NCBI RefSeq assembly: GCF_018977255.1
Contig: NW_024704742.1
Coordinates: 89,158,001 to 89,222,000 of the forward strand
Direction: 5' to 3'
DNA from: Callorhinchus milii
Taxonomy: Eukaryota
Length of the DNA: 64,000 bases
A program made the position numbers and the translations under genes. This document shows positions 50,686 through 63,920 of this stretch, piece by piece. Position 1 is the first letter of the stretch. Each line of letters opens with the position of its first letter. The notes under the pieces were generated by a model. That model did no database searches and was not told the origin of the DNA. It saw nothing but the letters and a program-made list of their open reading frames with translations.

Positions 50686-52348
50686 CCCTTAATGAAATTA
50701 TTTTCTTCCAAACACATCAAATCAAACATTGGTTCTTTAAAAATGAAAGTAAATTATTACAAAATATTATTAATAAGGAATGATGTTAAAGTTTAACAGT
50801 AATGATTTTAAATATTAAATTATAAACTTCACTTGCTTTTTTCTTGCTGAGTGATTAATATCAGACTCCTATTATGCAGTTTCTACATCTAAATTACCAA
50901 TAATTGCTTTAATGTAGGCTAACCCTTATTAAGACTACAATGTTCAAAGGCAAATTATATGCCATTGATTTCACTGTCATATTTATGAGACTCCCCATTT
51001 GTAAATTAAATTATCTAGTGAGATACTGTCAAATGTTGAACCTCAGCCAAGCTCCTCAAATCAAATGTTCAGCTCATGATGGAATTTACCAAAATAACAA
51101 CAATAATCGCAAACCTTGCATTCAATGTAGTTTCAAGGACATCTCAAAGCATTTCAGAATATTTCTGTGAAGTGCAATGATTGTATTTGTAGGGGAAACA
51201 CATGTTGTGCACAGCAGTATCTTCACCTCAATCCACGACTGTTTGTGTGACACTGCTGTGCGCAATTGGCTGCCGCGTTTCTCCCCCAAAATATACAGTC
51301 AATTCACTTACAGTATATTCTGTGAAGCGCTTTGAGATGCTTTGAGACGTCTCGAATGCCAGGATTATTATTATTATTCACGAACAGCTATGAAGTGAAT
51401 GACTGATAAAGCTCATAAGAAATCAAGAAAACAACTTGCATCATCCCATTCCCATTATCTCTTCCTTTCCAAAACTGAGTGCTTCACTCAGTGCTTCCTC
51501 AGCAGTGTAAGGGTTTGAGCTGGTGCTTGCTTCAAGTAGGGTGTCGGCGTTTGCTCTGGTGCGTGGGTAGAAATATTCCAAGATAACAAAATTAGTTTGG
51601 TTGAAGATTGCCCATTAGCCCATCTGATCTCATCCCTCCAGAATACCGTTGCTGGACCCCCCTGCTACAGGCCTCCCATCAAAACATGAAGCTGCTTTCT
51701 AATAAGCTGCAATCACTATTCCTAGCAACCGGTTCCAGTCATCAATTATCTATTGGTAAAGAAAGCCTGAAGATCTTCCCATGTCCCTGAATGGAATATG
51801 GAACCTGAAGGTCTGTCCTGAAATTTCCCTATGCATCTTTAAACCTATGGCCTCTTAATCTATTTTATTGGTGCATCCAAAAGTATTGCTCTTTTCAATC
51901 CCATTAAAAATGTCAACATTTCTATAAGGTCCCCTCTGAGTCATCTCTTAATACCATACTGATCAAATATAACAATACACGTATCTTTATTTCCCTCGTG
52001 ATTTGCATTAGTATACCTGGAGAAATAGCCTACAGCTGTGTTGCCCAATAGAAATCGCTGACTAGCCCCACGTGCTATAAAACACTGTTTTAGCCGTATG
52101 TGTTAATTTTTGTACAAAATGCCTTACACACACTCACATAATGCAGGTAAATGTATTGCATATGTATATTTCCTTTATGCACCTTACCATTTATCACAAC
52201 TCCAACATTTACTCAAAACTCTCCTCATCTACTGCCCACCAAGCCCTCCCCCACCTTCATCCCTTACATCTCCACCCTCCTATCTTCCCTCTCTCTCTGC
52301 TCCAACGCCTCCTCATCCTAGGCAATTTTAATCTAAACTTCACCCATT

Positions 52349-54440
52349 CAACAAACAATAATAACAACAAAATTACATTTATAGAGTTCCTTTTGCATCA
52401 GGAGTACGTCCCAAGGCGCTGGACAGTCAGGGGTCAGGACCCGAGCATGGGGGAGGGGTGGGATGAGGGAAAGCAGAGAGGTGGGAGGGAGACCAAAGGC
52501 ACGGTCGAAGAGAAGGTTCTTGAGACCGGCCTTCAAGGAGGCAAGGTAGGAAGCGAGGTGAAAGGACTGTGGGATGGAATTCCAGAGTGTGGTGGCAGAG
52601 AGGCTGAAAGCTCAGCCACCGATGGTAGGGTGGGTCAGGAGGGAAACATGGAGCAGGCCAGAGCCCGCTGAACAGACGGAGCGGGCAGGTGGGCAGGGAA
52701 TCAGCAAGTCAGAGAGGTAGGAGGGGCGGCCCATGGATAGCCTTGAAAGTGAGGACGAGGATCTTGAATTCGATCCTCCGAGGGATGGGGAGCCAGTGGA
52801 GTCGGGCGAGGGTAGGAGTAATGGATCACAGAGCCTGGTGTGCGAGAGTACATGAGCTGCGGAGTTTTGGATGATCTGCGGCTTGTGAAGGGAAGAGTTG
52901 GGAAGGCCGATGAGGAGGGAATTTCCATAATCGAGCCTTGATGTGATGAATGCGTGGGTGAGGGTTTCGGCAGCCTGAGGGGTGAGGCAGTGGCGGAGTC
53001 TGGCAATGTTGTGGAGGTGGTGGTAGGCAGTGGGAGAGAAAGTTCAGGGTCAAACCTGACACCCAAGTTCCTGACTCGCTTCGTAAGGTTGAGTGTGCAG
53101 CCATGGAGGCTGATGCTGCCAGTGCCTGAGGTGTGGAGACTCTGGCTCGAGCCAATTAGGAGGGCCTCGGTCTTGCTGATGTTCAATTGGAGAAAGGTAT
53201 CCCTCGTCCACGACTTGATGTCGGTCACGCTGTCAGTCAGGATGCCAGTAGTCCTGGAGTTGAGGGTGGAGCAGAGAGATAGAGTTGGGTGTCATCCACA
53301 TACATGTGGAAATTTACCTCATGTCTGCGGATGATGTCACCAAGGGGGAGCATGTAAAGGGTGAAGAGGAGGGGACCGAGGACAGATCCCTGCGGAACAC
53401 TGCATGAGACGGTGCGGGGGGTGGAGGAGAAGCCATTTGCAAAGACGTAGTGGAGGCGGTGTGAAAGGTAGGATCTGAACCAGTTAAGGACTGAACCTTG
53501 AAGGTTGAGGTGGGAGGAGAGGCGGTGGAGGAGGATTGAATGGTCCACAGTATCAAAGGCGGCGAAGAGGTCAAGGATGACAAGGATGCAGAGGGAAACC
53601 TGGTCACACATGGTCAGGATGTCATTTGTGACCTTGACCAGAGCAGTTTCTGTGCTGTGGTCAGCAAGGAAACCCGATTGGGAGGGACTCATGGAGGGAG
53701 TGGGAGGAGAGGAAAGAGCGAAACTGGGAGGCAAGACAGAAAAGGGAGGTGGGAGATGGGCCGGTAGCTGGATAACTGATGGGCCAAGAGAAGGTTTCTT
53801 CAAGGTGGGGGTGATAGTGGCTGCTTTAAGGGAAATAGGATCAGTGCCACATGACAGGGAGAGGTTGATAATGTCGGTGAGTAGCAGGGCAAAGAGGTGG
53901 AGCTGGGATTTAAGGAGAGGGGTGGGGATGGGGTCCAGGAAGCAGGTGGTGGGCTTCATGGAGGACATGGAGGTGATAGAAGAGGGGGTGACAGGTTCAT
54001 AGGTGTGGTAGGAGGGATGGGTAGTGGTCAGAGTGTGGGGCGGGGCAGGGAGGGGGTGGAAGTTGGGAGGGCAGTGGCAGCTGAGTGGATTCCCTCGATT
54101 TTGGTCCAGCATTTCCTTGCAGTGGGAGTTGGAGGAAAGAATCTGCGAGGCATGGCGGGGAGGGTGGAGGAGCCAGTTGGTGGTGGAGAACAGGAGCCTG
54201 GGGTGCCCTTTGGCTCAAGAATTAACCTGGAGTAGAAAGACAATTTGGCCGAGGAGAGAGCGGAGTGGTAGGTTTTGATGTGGTCCAGCCAGTTGTGCTG
54301 GTGGACCCGTTAGGCCGGATTTGAGCCAAGTGCGTTTGGCAGCCCACACCTGGCCCTTGAGCGAGCAGAGGTGTCTGGTGAACTAGGGTGAGAATCGGTA
54401 GGAGGCAGTTTGGGAGATGAGGGGGGCAAAGGCGTCAAGT
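52349..54440 (-). mobile_element. L2 LINE, about 2.1 kb, 5'-truncated, decayed
   Basis: [36 protein letters not shown] and HMYVDDTQLY; same subfamily tail as 6860. Confidence 0.95.
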
Positions 54441-56249
54441 GTGGTGCTCTACCTCTGCTCTACCTCTGATGACTTTTCCTCCCTTATCTCCTCCCTTCCT
54501 CAATCTCTCCCTCCACATCCACTTCGCTACCCACATCCGCAGTCACCTCCTCAACCTGGTGATCACTCGAGACCTCATCGTCTCGGACCCCACCATCATC
54601 GACAAAGCGATCTTGGACCATCACTTCATCTCCCTTAACTCCTCGATCCCTCTCCCCACTGCCATTCAAACGACCTCCAAGGAACAAAATGCCCCAAGAA
54701 AAAAATCTCCCCGCCCCTTCCTCTCTGCAGCCTTGGAATCATCTGAACTCCTTTCCCTCTGGGAGTCCTCCCGCAATGACCTATTCTCCTTGGTCACTCT
54801 TCTCCACAGCTCCCTCTCCTCCACTCTCGATTCCCTTGCTCCCCTCTCCGCCCGAACTGTCTCCTAGTCACGTAAGTTACCCTGGTACACCAGCTACCTC
54901 TGCTCCCTTAAAGCACAGGCACGTGCCACTGAGCGCACCTGGCTTAAACCAAACTTCACAGTCCATCGGCAGATCTGGCTGGACCATATTGAATCCTACC
55001 GCTCCACCCTCGTCTCCGCTAAATTGTTGTTCTACTCCAAGACAATCTTGGAGGCTAAGGACAACCCCACGATCCTCTTCTCCATCACGAACCCGCTCCT
55101 CTGCCCACCCTCTCACGCCTCGCCCATTCACACCTCCAATGCCAACTGCGAGGCAATGCTGGATTTCCTCGAATTCAAAGTCGAGGGAATCCGCTCAGCT
55201 GCCTCTGCCACTGCATCTGTTACCTCCTCCCCATATCCTTCCACCCTGGCCCCTACCCATCCCACCCTCCACACCTTTGAACTTGTCTCCTGCTCCTCTC
55301 TCATCACCACCATAACCCCATGAAACCGACCACCAGCTCCCTCGACCCCAACGCTACTCCTCTCCTTACTTCCCAGCTCCACCTCTACTCACTGACATCA
55401 TAAACCTCTCCCTGTCCTCTGGTATTGTACCCACCCCATTAAAAACCACCATCATCCCTCCTATCCTTAAAAAATCCTCCTGAGACTCTTCTCTACTCCC
55501 TAACTACTACCCCATCTCCAACCTCCCTTTCCTCTCCAAGCTCCTGGAACGAGTTGTTGCTTCTCAACTTCGCTCCTTCCTCTCCCGCCACTCCCTGCTC
55601 GAACCCCTCCAATCGGGTCTCCATGCCGCCCACAGCATAGAAACAGCCCTGGTCAAAGTGACAAATGACATCCTGTCCATCTGTGACTAGGGCTCTCTCT
55701 GCCTCCTCCTCCTCCTTGACCTTTCCGTTGCTTTCGACACCATCGATCACTCTATCCTCATCCACCGCCTCTCCTCTTACCTCAACCTTCGCGGCTCATG
55801 TCCTTGACTGATTTAGATGGTGCCTCTCACACCGCCTTCACTTCATCTCCACAAACGGCTTCTCCTCTAGCCCCAGGAGCGCCTCGTGCAGCGTTCCTCA
55901 GTGCTCTGTCCTTGGTCCCCTCCTCTTCAATATCTATATGCTCCCTCTTGGTTATATCATCCGCAGACATGAGGTCAACTTCCACTTGTATGCGGATGAC
56001 ACCCAACCCTATCTCTCTGCCTCCACCCTCAACTCCAGGACAACTGCTGTCTCTTGACGAGAGCTAACTTTCTACAGTTGAACGTCAACAGGACCGAGGC
56101 CCTCCTGATTAGCTCCCGTTAGAGCCTCCACACCTCAGGCACTGACAGCATCACCATCCATGGTCGCACATTCCACTTTACTAAGCCAGTCCAGAACCTT
56201 GGCGTCTTGTTTAACTCTCAACTATCCTTTCTACACCGTGTCTTCACTA

Positions 56250-56567
56250 TGGAGTCCTGCAGCTCAGTCGTTAGAGCACTCGCCTTGCAAGTGAGACACC
56301 TGGGTTCAATTCCCGGCAGGGCGAAACCTTGGGCAAGTTTCCTTACTCCACACGTCTAATAATAATCCCTCCAAAACAAAACAATAATAAATTGGTCATT
56401 TTCAATCCATGACTGTTTGTGGGACACTGCTGTGCACAATTGGCTGCCGCGTTTTGCCCACAAATATATAGTCAACTCACTTTACAGCATATTTTGTGAA
56501 GCGCTTTGAGACGTCTAGAAGACATGAAAAGTGCTATATCACATGCAAGGATTATTTATTGTTATTA
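56250..56567 (+). mobile_element. tRNA-Ala SINE, short variant, inserted in L2
   Basis: Complete head, body and tail; tatg flanks both sides and the L2 sequence resumes in register. Confidence 0.92.
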
Positions 56568-57314
56568 TGACCAGCTCTGCCTTCCTCAACCTCCGCAACA
56601 TCGCCCGGCTCTGCCACTATTTCAGATCGCAGGCTGCCGAAACCCTCATACATGTTTTCATTACATCGAGGCTTGTCTATGCAAACTCACTGGTTGTCGG
56701 CCTCTTCAACTTCTCCCTCCGCAGGCTGCAGATCACCCAGAACTCTGCACCCCGTGTCCTCTCCAGCACTGAGCTCCGCAACCCTACCACCCCCATCCTT
56801 GCCCAACTCCACTGGCTTCCCATCACACAGAGGATACAGTTCAAGATCCTGGTCCTCACCTTCAAAGCCCTCCATGGTCTTGCTCCCCCCTACCTTTCCG
56901 AACTCCTAACCCCTACCATTCTGTTCGCTCCCTCCACTCAGTGGGCTCCGGCCTGCTTCACGTCCCCCGCCTTGTTTGCCCCACTATTTGCGGGTGGGCT
57001 TTCTGCCACTCTGCTCCCATCCGCTGGAACTCCATCCCGCAGTTCCTCCGCCTCGCCTCCTCCCTTGCCATCTTCAAGACCCATCTCAAGACCCTCCTCT
57101 TCAATCATGCCTTCGATCTCGGTGCTTCCCTTCCCTGTCCTTCACCCTCACCGACCCAGACCTCCACCTCGGGTCCGTAACTCTGTCTGTCCAGCGCATT
57201 GGGACATCCTCCCGACCTGAAAGGTGCTTTACAAATGTAATTTTGTTGTTGTACTTGCATATTTACTTCATAAACATCTACTACCATTCAGTGTGAAAGT
57301 TTACAGTCTTCCTC

Positions 57315-57499
57315 TTTCACCAAACTCTGGAGAAACACGGTTGGTTGCTGCTTGCCATTGCCCCATTGGAGCTGTTTGTTATTGGCTGGGCTTTGCTTTC
57401 TTCTGCTGGCCTGGAATGGTTAATCTGATTAGTCGAGCTGACCACGATAAACAGCTCCCCTCTCCAACTAATATTGCTGGTGTTTCCATGGTGGTGAAA
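57315..57499. repeat. Degenerate palindrome with nested inverted repeats
   Basis: tttcacca/tggtgaaa, gaaacac/gtgtttc and ggagctgttt/aaacagctcc arranged symmetrically. Confidence 0.65.
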
Positions 57500-57854
57500 T
57501 CTGGCATTTTCCCCCATGTTACACAACAACAACTTGCACTTATATAGCACCTGCCAGCAGGGTAGAGTCTTAGAGCACTACGCACCATTTTAGCAGATAA
57601 CCAATAAACATTAACCAAAGAAGTAAAGCACATACATAAATCAAAAAACATTCGCACACACTCCTTTTTGCCTTACCATTTCACCAACAAACACACCAAA
57701 AGGTCAGATGCATATGCCGTGCAAATATGAGTATTGAGATCATGAGTCCCAAAACGATGTCCATTATTCATTTTTTATTTACTATTCAAAAATGCGATTT
57801 CACCACATTTGGATTCCCAATTCGCTACAAATGGCGAGTGACTAGGTGTTCCAA

Positions 57855-57926
57855 CTGGCAGCCGGCATCTAGCCACATCTGGCAGCTGGTATCTGGCCAC
57901 ATCTAACAGCTGGCATCTGGCCACAT
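57855..57926. repeat. Tandem repeat, 3 x 24 bp
   Basis: ctggcagccggcatctagccacat / ctggcagctggtatctggccacat / ctaacagctggcatctggccacat. Confidence 0.9.
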
Positions 57927-57981
57927 CTGACCTGGGGAATGATTTCACAGTCACATTGTGTGTGTGGAGCCCAGGTTTGGT

Positions 57982-58115
57982 CCAACCGACCGACCAACCG
58001 ACTGACCGACCGACCGATACAGTGACACACTCAGATAGCCAGAGATACAAACAGAGATAGACAGATACAGGGACACACACAAACAGAGAGAAACACACAC
58101 AGAGAAACACAGAAA
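57982..58115. repeat. (CCGA)n microsatellite followed by a CA/GA low-complexity tract
   Basis: Directly visible in the sequence. Confidence 0.85.
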
Positions 58116-59611
58116 CAGTGTTATTATTTTAAAATTTGTATGAATTTTTGCATTGCCTATTTAAATTTTGCATTGTAACTAAAATATAGTGAAATTAAGT
58201 AATACGGTTACTCAATTTAAAACCTAGGATTTCTATATGATTCTTATGGGTTATGTTACTGGAAGGGAAACTCAAAAATATTGTTTATGCAGCCAGCAGA
58301 CCTTTCTCAAATAGGGCATCCAGCCCTCAGCATCCAAAAAGTTGGTCCACCATGCTGAGCTAATTTGTTGGACAACCCTAGAGTAGAGAGATAGGGGAAA
58401 ACAATAGGAAAAATGGATTAGGATGGTTGGAAGCTCATGTGGAGATCAATGCCAGGATAGACTAGTAGTGCTGAATCTGAAAACAATGTAACTCTATCAA
58501 TGTAGTAGTGAGAAGGCCTTGAAATGCTTCATAAAATCTCAATTTCTGCTCAAAGTATCTAAGATATGAATATAGTACTTACCACAGCTGGATTTGTGAA
58601 TTCGCTGAGCTTTGTGTGGCTCAAGAGGCTGATCAGTTGCCTCAGAAGGATGAGGTGCTCATTACTACATTGGTTGATGCTTTTTTTTGTTAACTTAAAA
58701 GAAATTCCCATTATCAAGATTTAAGAACTCTGGAAGTTTCTGTGAATTTGTTTAACAAGTTGTTAAACAGGCTTTTTCCATTATGCATGAAAACAGGACT
58801 GTCAATGCCCTTCTTTTGTGGCTTGCTTACATAAACAGTTTTTCTGTTGCAGCAGTACACAAAGCCTTTTATTTGTAAAATTGCCTTTCTTTCCTTACAA
58901 TGGATCCAATGGTTGGTTGACGTTTTAAACTCTCTTTGACAACAACACTTTACACTACTCGAGGGATGCCACAGAAAGATTTCTATTTTGTAAGGATTTT
59001 TGGTCCCCTTTGTCGCAAACTGTTCAATAATAATAATAATAATATGATCAGGTTGTTGGATTATTGGAAAAAAGATAATTCATGAAGGGCACAATTCCTT
59101 GATCCAAGGGTGCAGATTGTGAAGGCACCTTGATAGATTTAAAATTAGGAAAAGTTGAAAAGCTTGGTAAATTTCTTTGTAATAGAGGACTCAAGAAGAA
59201 GATATCAACTACAACAACTTGCACTTATAAAGCACCCTCGATGAAGGGTAGTATATCGGAGCACTTAAAATGTCATAGGTTCAAAGGATGCCAAAAGTAG
59301 ATAGGAAGTGCGCCAAGTTTTTTTTGTTAACAAAAGAGTACCATCACCAACTACCAGTACAGATGGTGGAACAAAAAGCTACAAGTGTTTTAAAGGTAAA
59401 GTGAATATGTTCCTGGAATTAAAGTATTTGAAGGTTATTGGATGATAGTACAACTTGAATTGATATAGTACCTTCATACAGGATAGCGCCTTGAAGAGCT
59501 GCACAGTCTCTAGGTTGGACGGTGAGCAAGGGAGAAGGGGAAGCAGGTGACCATAGGCATGGTCGAAGAGGTAGCTCTTAATAACCCTTGCAGTTGATAT
59601 TACTAACACCT

Positions 59612-60003
59612 TGTAACATCAAAACATTTCATATTGTGTTTCTGTAAAGTGTAGTGATTGGGTGTTTGTATGGAAACATGGTATCCAATTTGCTAAAAAG
59701 ATCTGCTTCATATGGCTTCTCACAAACAGCCATGACCAAATTTTCATTTGGGGGAATTGTTGGCCAGGACTCCAAGAGATACTCTCTTCTCTTATTTAAT
59801 AGTAGGGGATCTTTAATGTTTAATGTGAACAGGCAGACAGGAACTTACATTAACATGTATCCGACGGATAGCATCTCTGACAAATCAATGCTTTCACAGC
59901 AATACACTCGAGTGTCAGCCAGACTACAAACTCAAAGTTTTAACTTGAGGCTTGAACCCTCAAACCTTCTGATTCAGAGGTGACTGTGATGCCAACTGAG
60001 CCA
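59612..60003 (-). mobile_element. Deu-domain SINE, old
   Basis: gggatctttaatg...gaacaggcagac core and gccaactgagcc head in reverse complement. Confidence 0.68.
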
Positions 60004-60079
60004 GGAACCTTGCAGGGAGTTCCTGATACCTACCATCTATCTAGTGAGGGCTCAAGTATGCACTTGTCGGATGTCAAAT

Positions 60080-60670
60080 GACCAATAGTGACTATTCTCC
60101 TTGGGGGGAGGTAAGCAGGGTCTCCTTGGAGCTGAACTAACTCGAAGGTGACATGTTTGGCAATGGATTGTTGGAATCGAGCCAGCCCCCTGTGGCAGTC
60201 TCATTTGTCCAATTCCTGAGCCAGGCAGGTCCACAGTACTGATGACTGTACAGCCAGCATGGCTCATCAGCAGGACTTGGAAGGGCAGATCAGTCACTGT
60301 GCGCAGAGACTCTTTCAACTCAGATCTCATTAACCCTACAAGCCAAAGCCCTAATGGGTAGGTTGGTCCTAGCTGGACAAGTGGGAAAGCTGACCAGGCA
60401 GTGCTTTCAATGGCAAGCTATGCAGTTTTAGCTGGTTAGAATCTAGCAGTGACCCAAAGCAAACTCTAGGGTCCCAAAGCCTTGGCTCTTGCCAACCTAG
60501 AATTAGGTAAACAGAATCCATCCCTCCAGGGATTGCATCCTGAAATTGCATTGCATTCCAGTAAACATCTCTGGAATTTTTATGTGTAGGTGAGATGTAT
60601 GGAACTCTGTTTGATTTGGATACTCTTAAGCATGATGATGTGTTTCTGCACATACCAGACAACCACCTGA
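60080..60670 (+). repeat. Unclassified dispersed repeat
   Basis: Collinear with 46180-46675; a sub-fragment also occurs at about 43425-43515. Confidence 0.75.
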
Positions 60671-62639
60671 CCAAAAAAAAACAAATGAGCTAGGCTGACA
60701 ACTGATAAGATAAACATAACAAAGGAATCTTTTGAGAAGTTGGATTGGTGGATGAGATTAATCAATCTTTAAAAGGGAACTGAAGAAACATTTCAAGAGA
60801 AATAATACAAAGGGTTGGGAGAAAGCATTTCGCCACATATATACAGTCAATTCACTTTACAGTATATTCTGTGAAGCGCTTTGAGACGTCTAGAAGATGT
60901 GAAAATCTCTATATCAAATGCAAGGATTATTTATTATTAAAATTGAGATGAGAGCAACTGGCTCCAAATAGGGAGCAGGTATCAGTATTAACTGAATAGG
61001 TGGAATAGACTCCTTCTGTGCTCTATGTTCTATGATTCTAAAACTCCTCTGGTTTGATTTGAGATATTAATTTGTTTTGTACGAGCAATTTAGAATAAAC
61101 TCATTCCTCGCTATTAAAAAAAACTGAAATATTTCAGAGTAAATACTTCATCCATGTGAGCTTTGTCTGAAGTTGAGTTCTAACTAATTTGAGAAGGGCT
61201 GATTTCAGCTGATTCCAGAACAGACATAATAATAATAATCCTGGCATTTGATATAGCGCCATATCATGTATTCGAGACGTCTCAAAGCCCTTCACAGAAT
61301 ATATTGCAATGTGTTGTGACCGTGTATTTTGTGGGCAAAACGCGGCAGCCAATTGCGCACAGCAATGGCCTTCCTCTGTGCTGTAAATTGCTATGTTTTT
61401 TTATAGGACAAGGCAGAGATTTGTTTTCTAACTTGGAGATTACATTTCCCACTTGACTCTGATTGGTACCAATGTTCCCAGTGTAAGAGTCTTGTTAACT
61501 GACCGATAATTCATCGACTCGAATGGCATTAACAGGCATAGCGATCGCGAATTTGAAACGTTACGTTTCATGTGAAAAATAACTGGATCGCTATGCATAT
61601 TCTGAAGCTCCAGAGAGTAACTAAGGACAGACGAAGAAAACTACCTCTGTAAGACACCAGTGACAATTCAACTCTGCTGTGTGTAAGTGTCTAAAAGATT
61701 CCCACTGTAAGACTGCCACAGTATATTTATGGGGAAAAATCAATTTGCAAGTGGCAGTTCTCTTGCAAATCAAAGGAAGCATCAGGGCACACTAATGTAG
61801 AGGGAATCAGAAAAGGAATGTTGCAGTGTTCGCCTTCCCCCCACATGCTGTCATTTCACTTTAAATAATTCACCACCTCTCAGAGACTTAAAAGTATCGC
61901 TTGTGAACTTGAAATGTATAGTTCTCCCCTCACCCCCCTTTTTATTTAACATTAAACAGTATTCAAATGGCATCAAGAATTCCAACACAGTAACATACAC
62001 AGATCAGTTTCTGGCCTCCAATAATTTACATGTGTATTTTTAAATACTATATATATATATACAGTGCAATCCTCAGGAACCAATTGAGTGCAAAACAGCA
62101 TATCTAAAGCTTGGTTCAGAACTGAGAAAAATATTTACAGGAAAAGGACATGATGCGTAGGTGGAGAAAGTAAAATACCTGTAACTCAAATGAAGAAAAG
62201 TAAAGAAGTAGATTTTATTTTGCCCTATCACCTTGTGCTAAAGCCGGGAGGGCTTAATGAACTGCCTGACTCAACCTTTTAAACCTTTTTGCGATCCAAT
62301 TATATCCATCCTGATATCCAAGCTGAACACTGCACTGTGTTCTCTAAATCTCTACATTCTAATGAATGAATCTGTTGAAAATAACTTGTGGATCAGCTTG
62401 CTTATATTTCAGGGTTCAGTTGCTGGGTTTGAAACTACTTCCATCAGTAAAGCAATTAGAAGTGAGAAACACGTTTCTCTCACTGAGGGCTGAAGAGAAC
62501 ACTGGGCTTATTAACCTGCCCGAGCATTAGTTATTTTTTATATTATTAGAGTGCAAGTGGCTCTCTGATAATATAAAAAAGATAAAATTGGACCACCCAA
62601 GAACCTTTAAGTAGCTATTTGTGAAAAGAGACCATAAGC

Positions 62640-62950
62640 ACATAAGAACATAAGAGACGCTTGCCAAAAATAAACAAAGTCCATCTAGTTTGCCTTCCAT
62701 CTTCCTAGCGGTCGCATGCACATAAGTCCCAAACTAACTTCTATATCCCATAATGTTATTTCCTAAAAGAAAACTTTCTAATCTGTGTTTGAAAGAATCA
62801 ACATTTTGTGCTTCAACCATCTCCCTCGGGAGCCTGTTCCCCAGATTCACTATTCGCTCACTGAAATAGTGTTTGCGTAGATTCATTCCGAATTTACACC
62901 CTTTCAATCTCAGGCCGTGTCCACTGTTTTTGCTATTCTGGACAAGTTGA
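62640..62950 (-). mobile_element. CR1-clade LINE 3' end
   Basis: cataagaacataaga terminal repeat; minus strand resembles GHGLRLKG...RKHYFSERIVNLGNRLPREMVEA. Confidence 0.8.
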
Positions 62951-63162
62951 AACAGCCTGTCATGATAAGACCAAATCGATCCTTGCCATCTGCATTCATG
63001 TGAGCAGTGAGAAGCTCTATGATTCCATTTCCTTGGGTTTGGGAGTATACCAAGCCTCTCCCTAGCATTTTGCTATATGGCCCGGCCCAGCCAAGCTAAG
63101 GAATTCAATCCTTGGGCAATTGTGGCTTATGTTCCTACCATTCTCACAGCTTCACCTGGTTT

Positions 63163-63436
63163 AATAATAATATAATAATAATCCTTGCATTTGATATAGC
63201 GCTTTTCACGTCGGGAGGACGTTCCAAAAACACTTCACAGAACACACTGTAAAGTGAATTAACTGTATATTTGTGGGCGAACGCGGCAGCCAATTGCGCA
63301 CAGCAATGTCCCACAAACAGTCGTGGATTGAAAATGACCAATTTATTATTATTTTTGGTTTTGGAGGGATTATTATTAGGCATGTGGAGTAAGGAAACTT
63401 GGCCAAGGTTTCGCCCTGCCTGGAATTGAACTCAGG
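63163..63436 (-). mobile_element. tRNA-Ala SINE, short variant, lacking the 5' half of the head
   Basis: Reverse complement of the 4413 family from the B box to (tta)n. Confidence 0.9.
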
Positions 63437-63699
63437 TTTAAGCATTCCATGATAATAATAATAATAATCCTTGCGTTTGATATAGTGCTTTATCACAACT
63501 TCGAGCCATCTCAAAGCACTTCACAGGATATACTGGAAAGTTCATTGTATATTTTGTGGATGAAACGTGGCAACGTGATAAGGCGCTTTATTAAATGCAA
63601 GGATTATTATTATTTATATTGCGTTTTGATATAGTGAGACATCTTATATTATTACTCCTGGTCGGTTCTCCTTTCCTACCATTCTTCCCATTTCCTCAC

Positions 63700-63920
63700 C
63701 CTCCTCAATCTTTCCACAATCAACCCCCACCTCAGTCCCTCCCTCGCCTCCTTCGAGGCTCATCTGAAGACCTTCCTCTTTGACCATGCCTTCGGTCATC
63801 TCCCCACCTCCACCCATCTTGATTCCACCCCCAGCTCGGGTGCAAATGCTTCACTGTCCAGTGCCTTGGGACCTCCTCCTGGCATGAAAGGCACTATGTA
63901 AATACAATTTGCTGTTGTTT
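63700..63920 (+). mobile_element. L2 LINE 3' end
   Basis: ctgaagaccttcctctttgaccatgccttcgg, tail stem agtgcctt...aaggcact, and a ttgctgttg end. Confidence 0.8.

Larger units (their letters stand above)
52210..57251 (+). mobile_element. L2 LINE with most of ORF2 (APE plus RT, decayed), split by an antisense L2 (52349-54440) and a SINE (56250-56567)
   Basis: APE motifs LLIYCPP and LLILGNFN at 52215-52345. Continues at about 54445 with THIRSHLLNLVIT...LDHHFI, then RT (tatgcggatgac = YADD near 55990), LHWLP...FKIL and the (ttg)n tail. Confidence 0.88.

Noticed and set aside
57855..57926. CRISPR-like array
   Set aside because: Contiguous tandem units without unique spacers, in vertebrate DNA with no cas genes.
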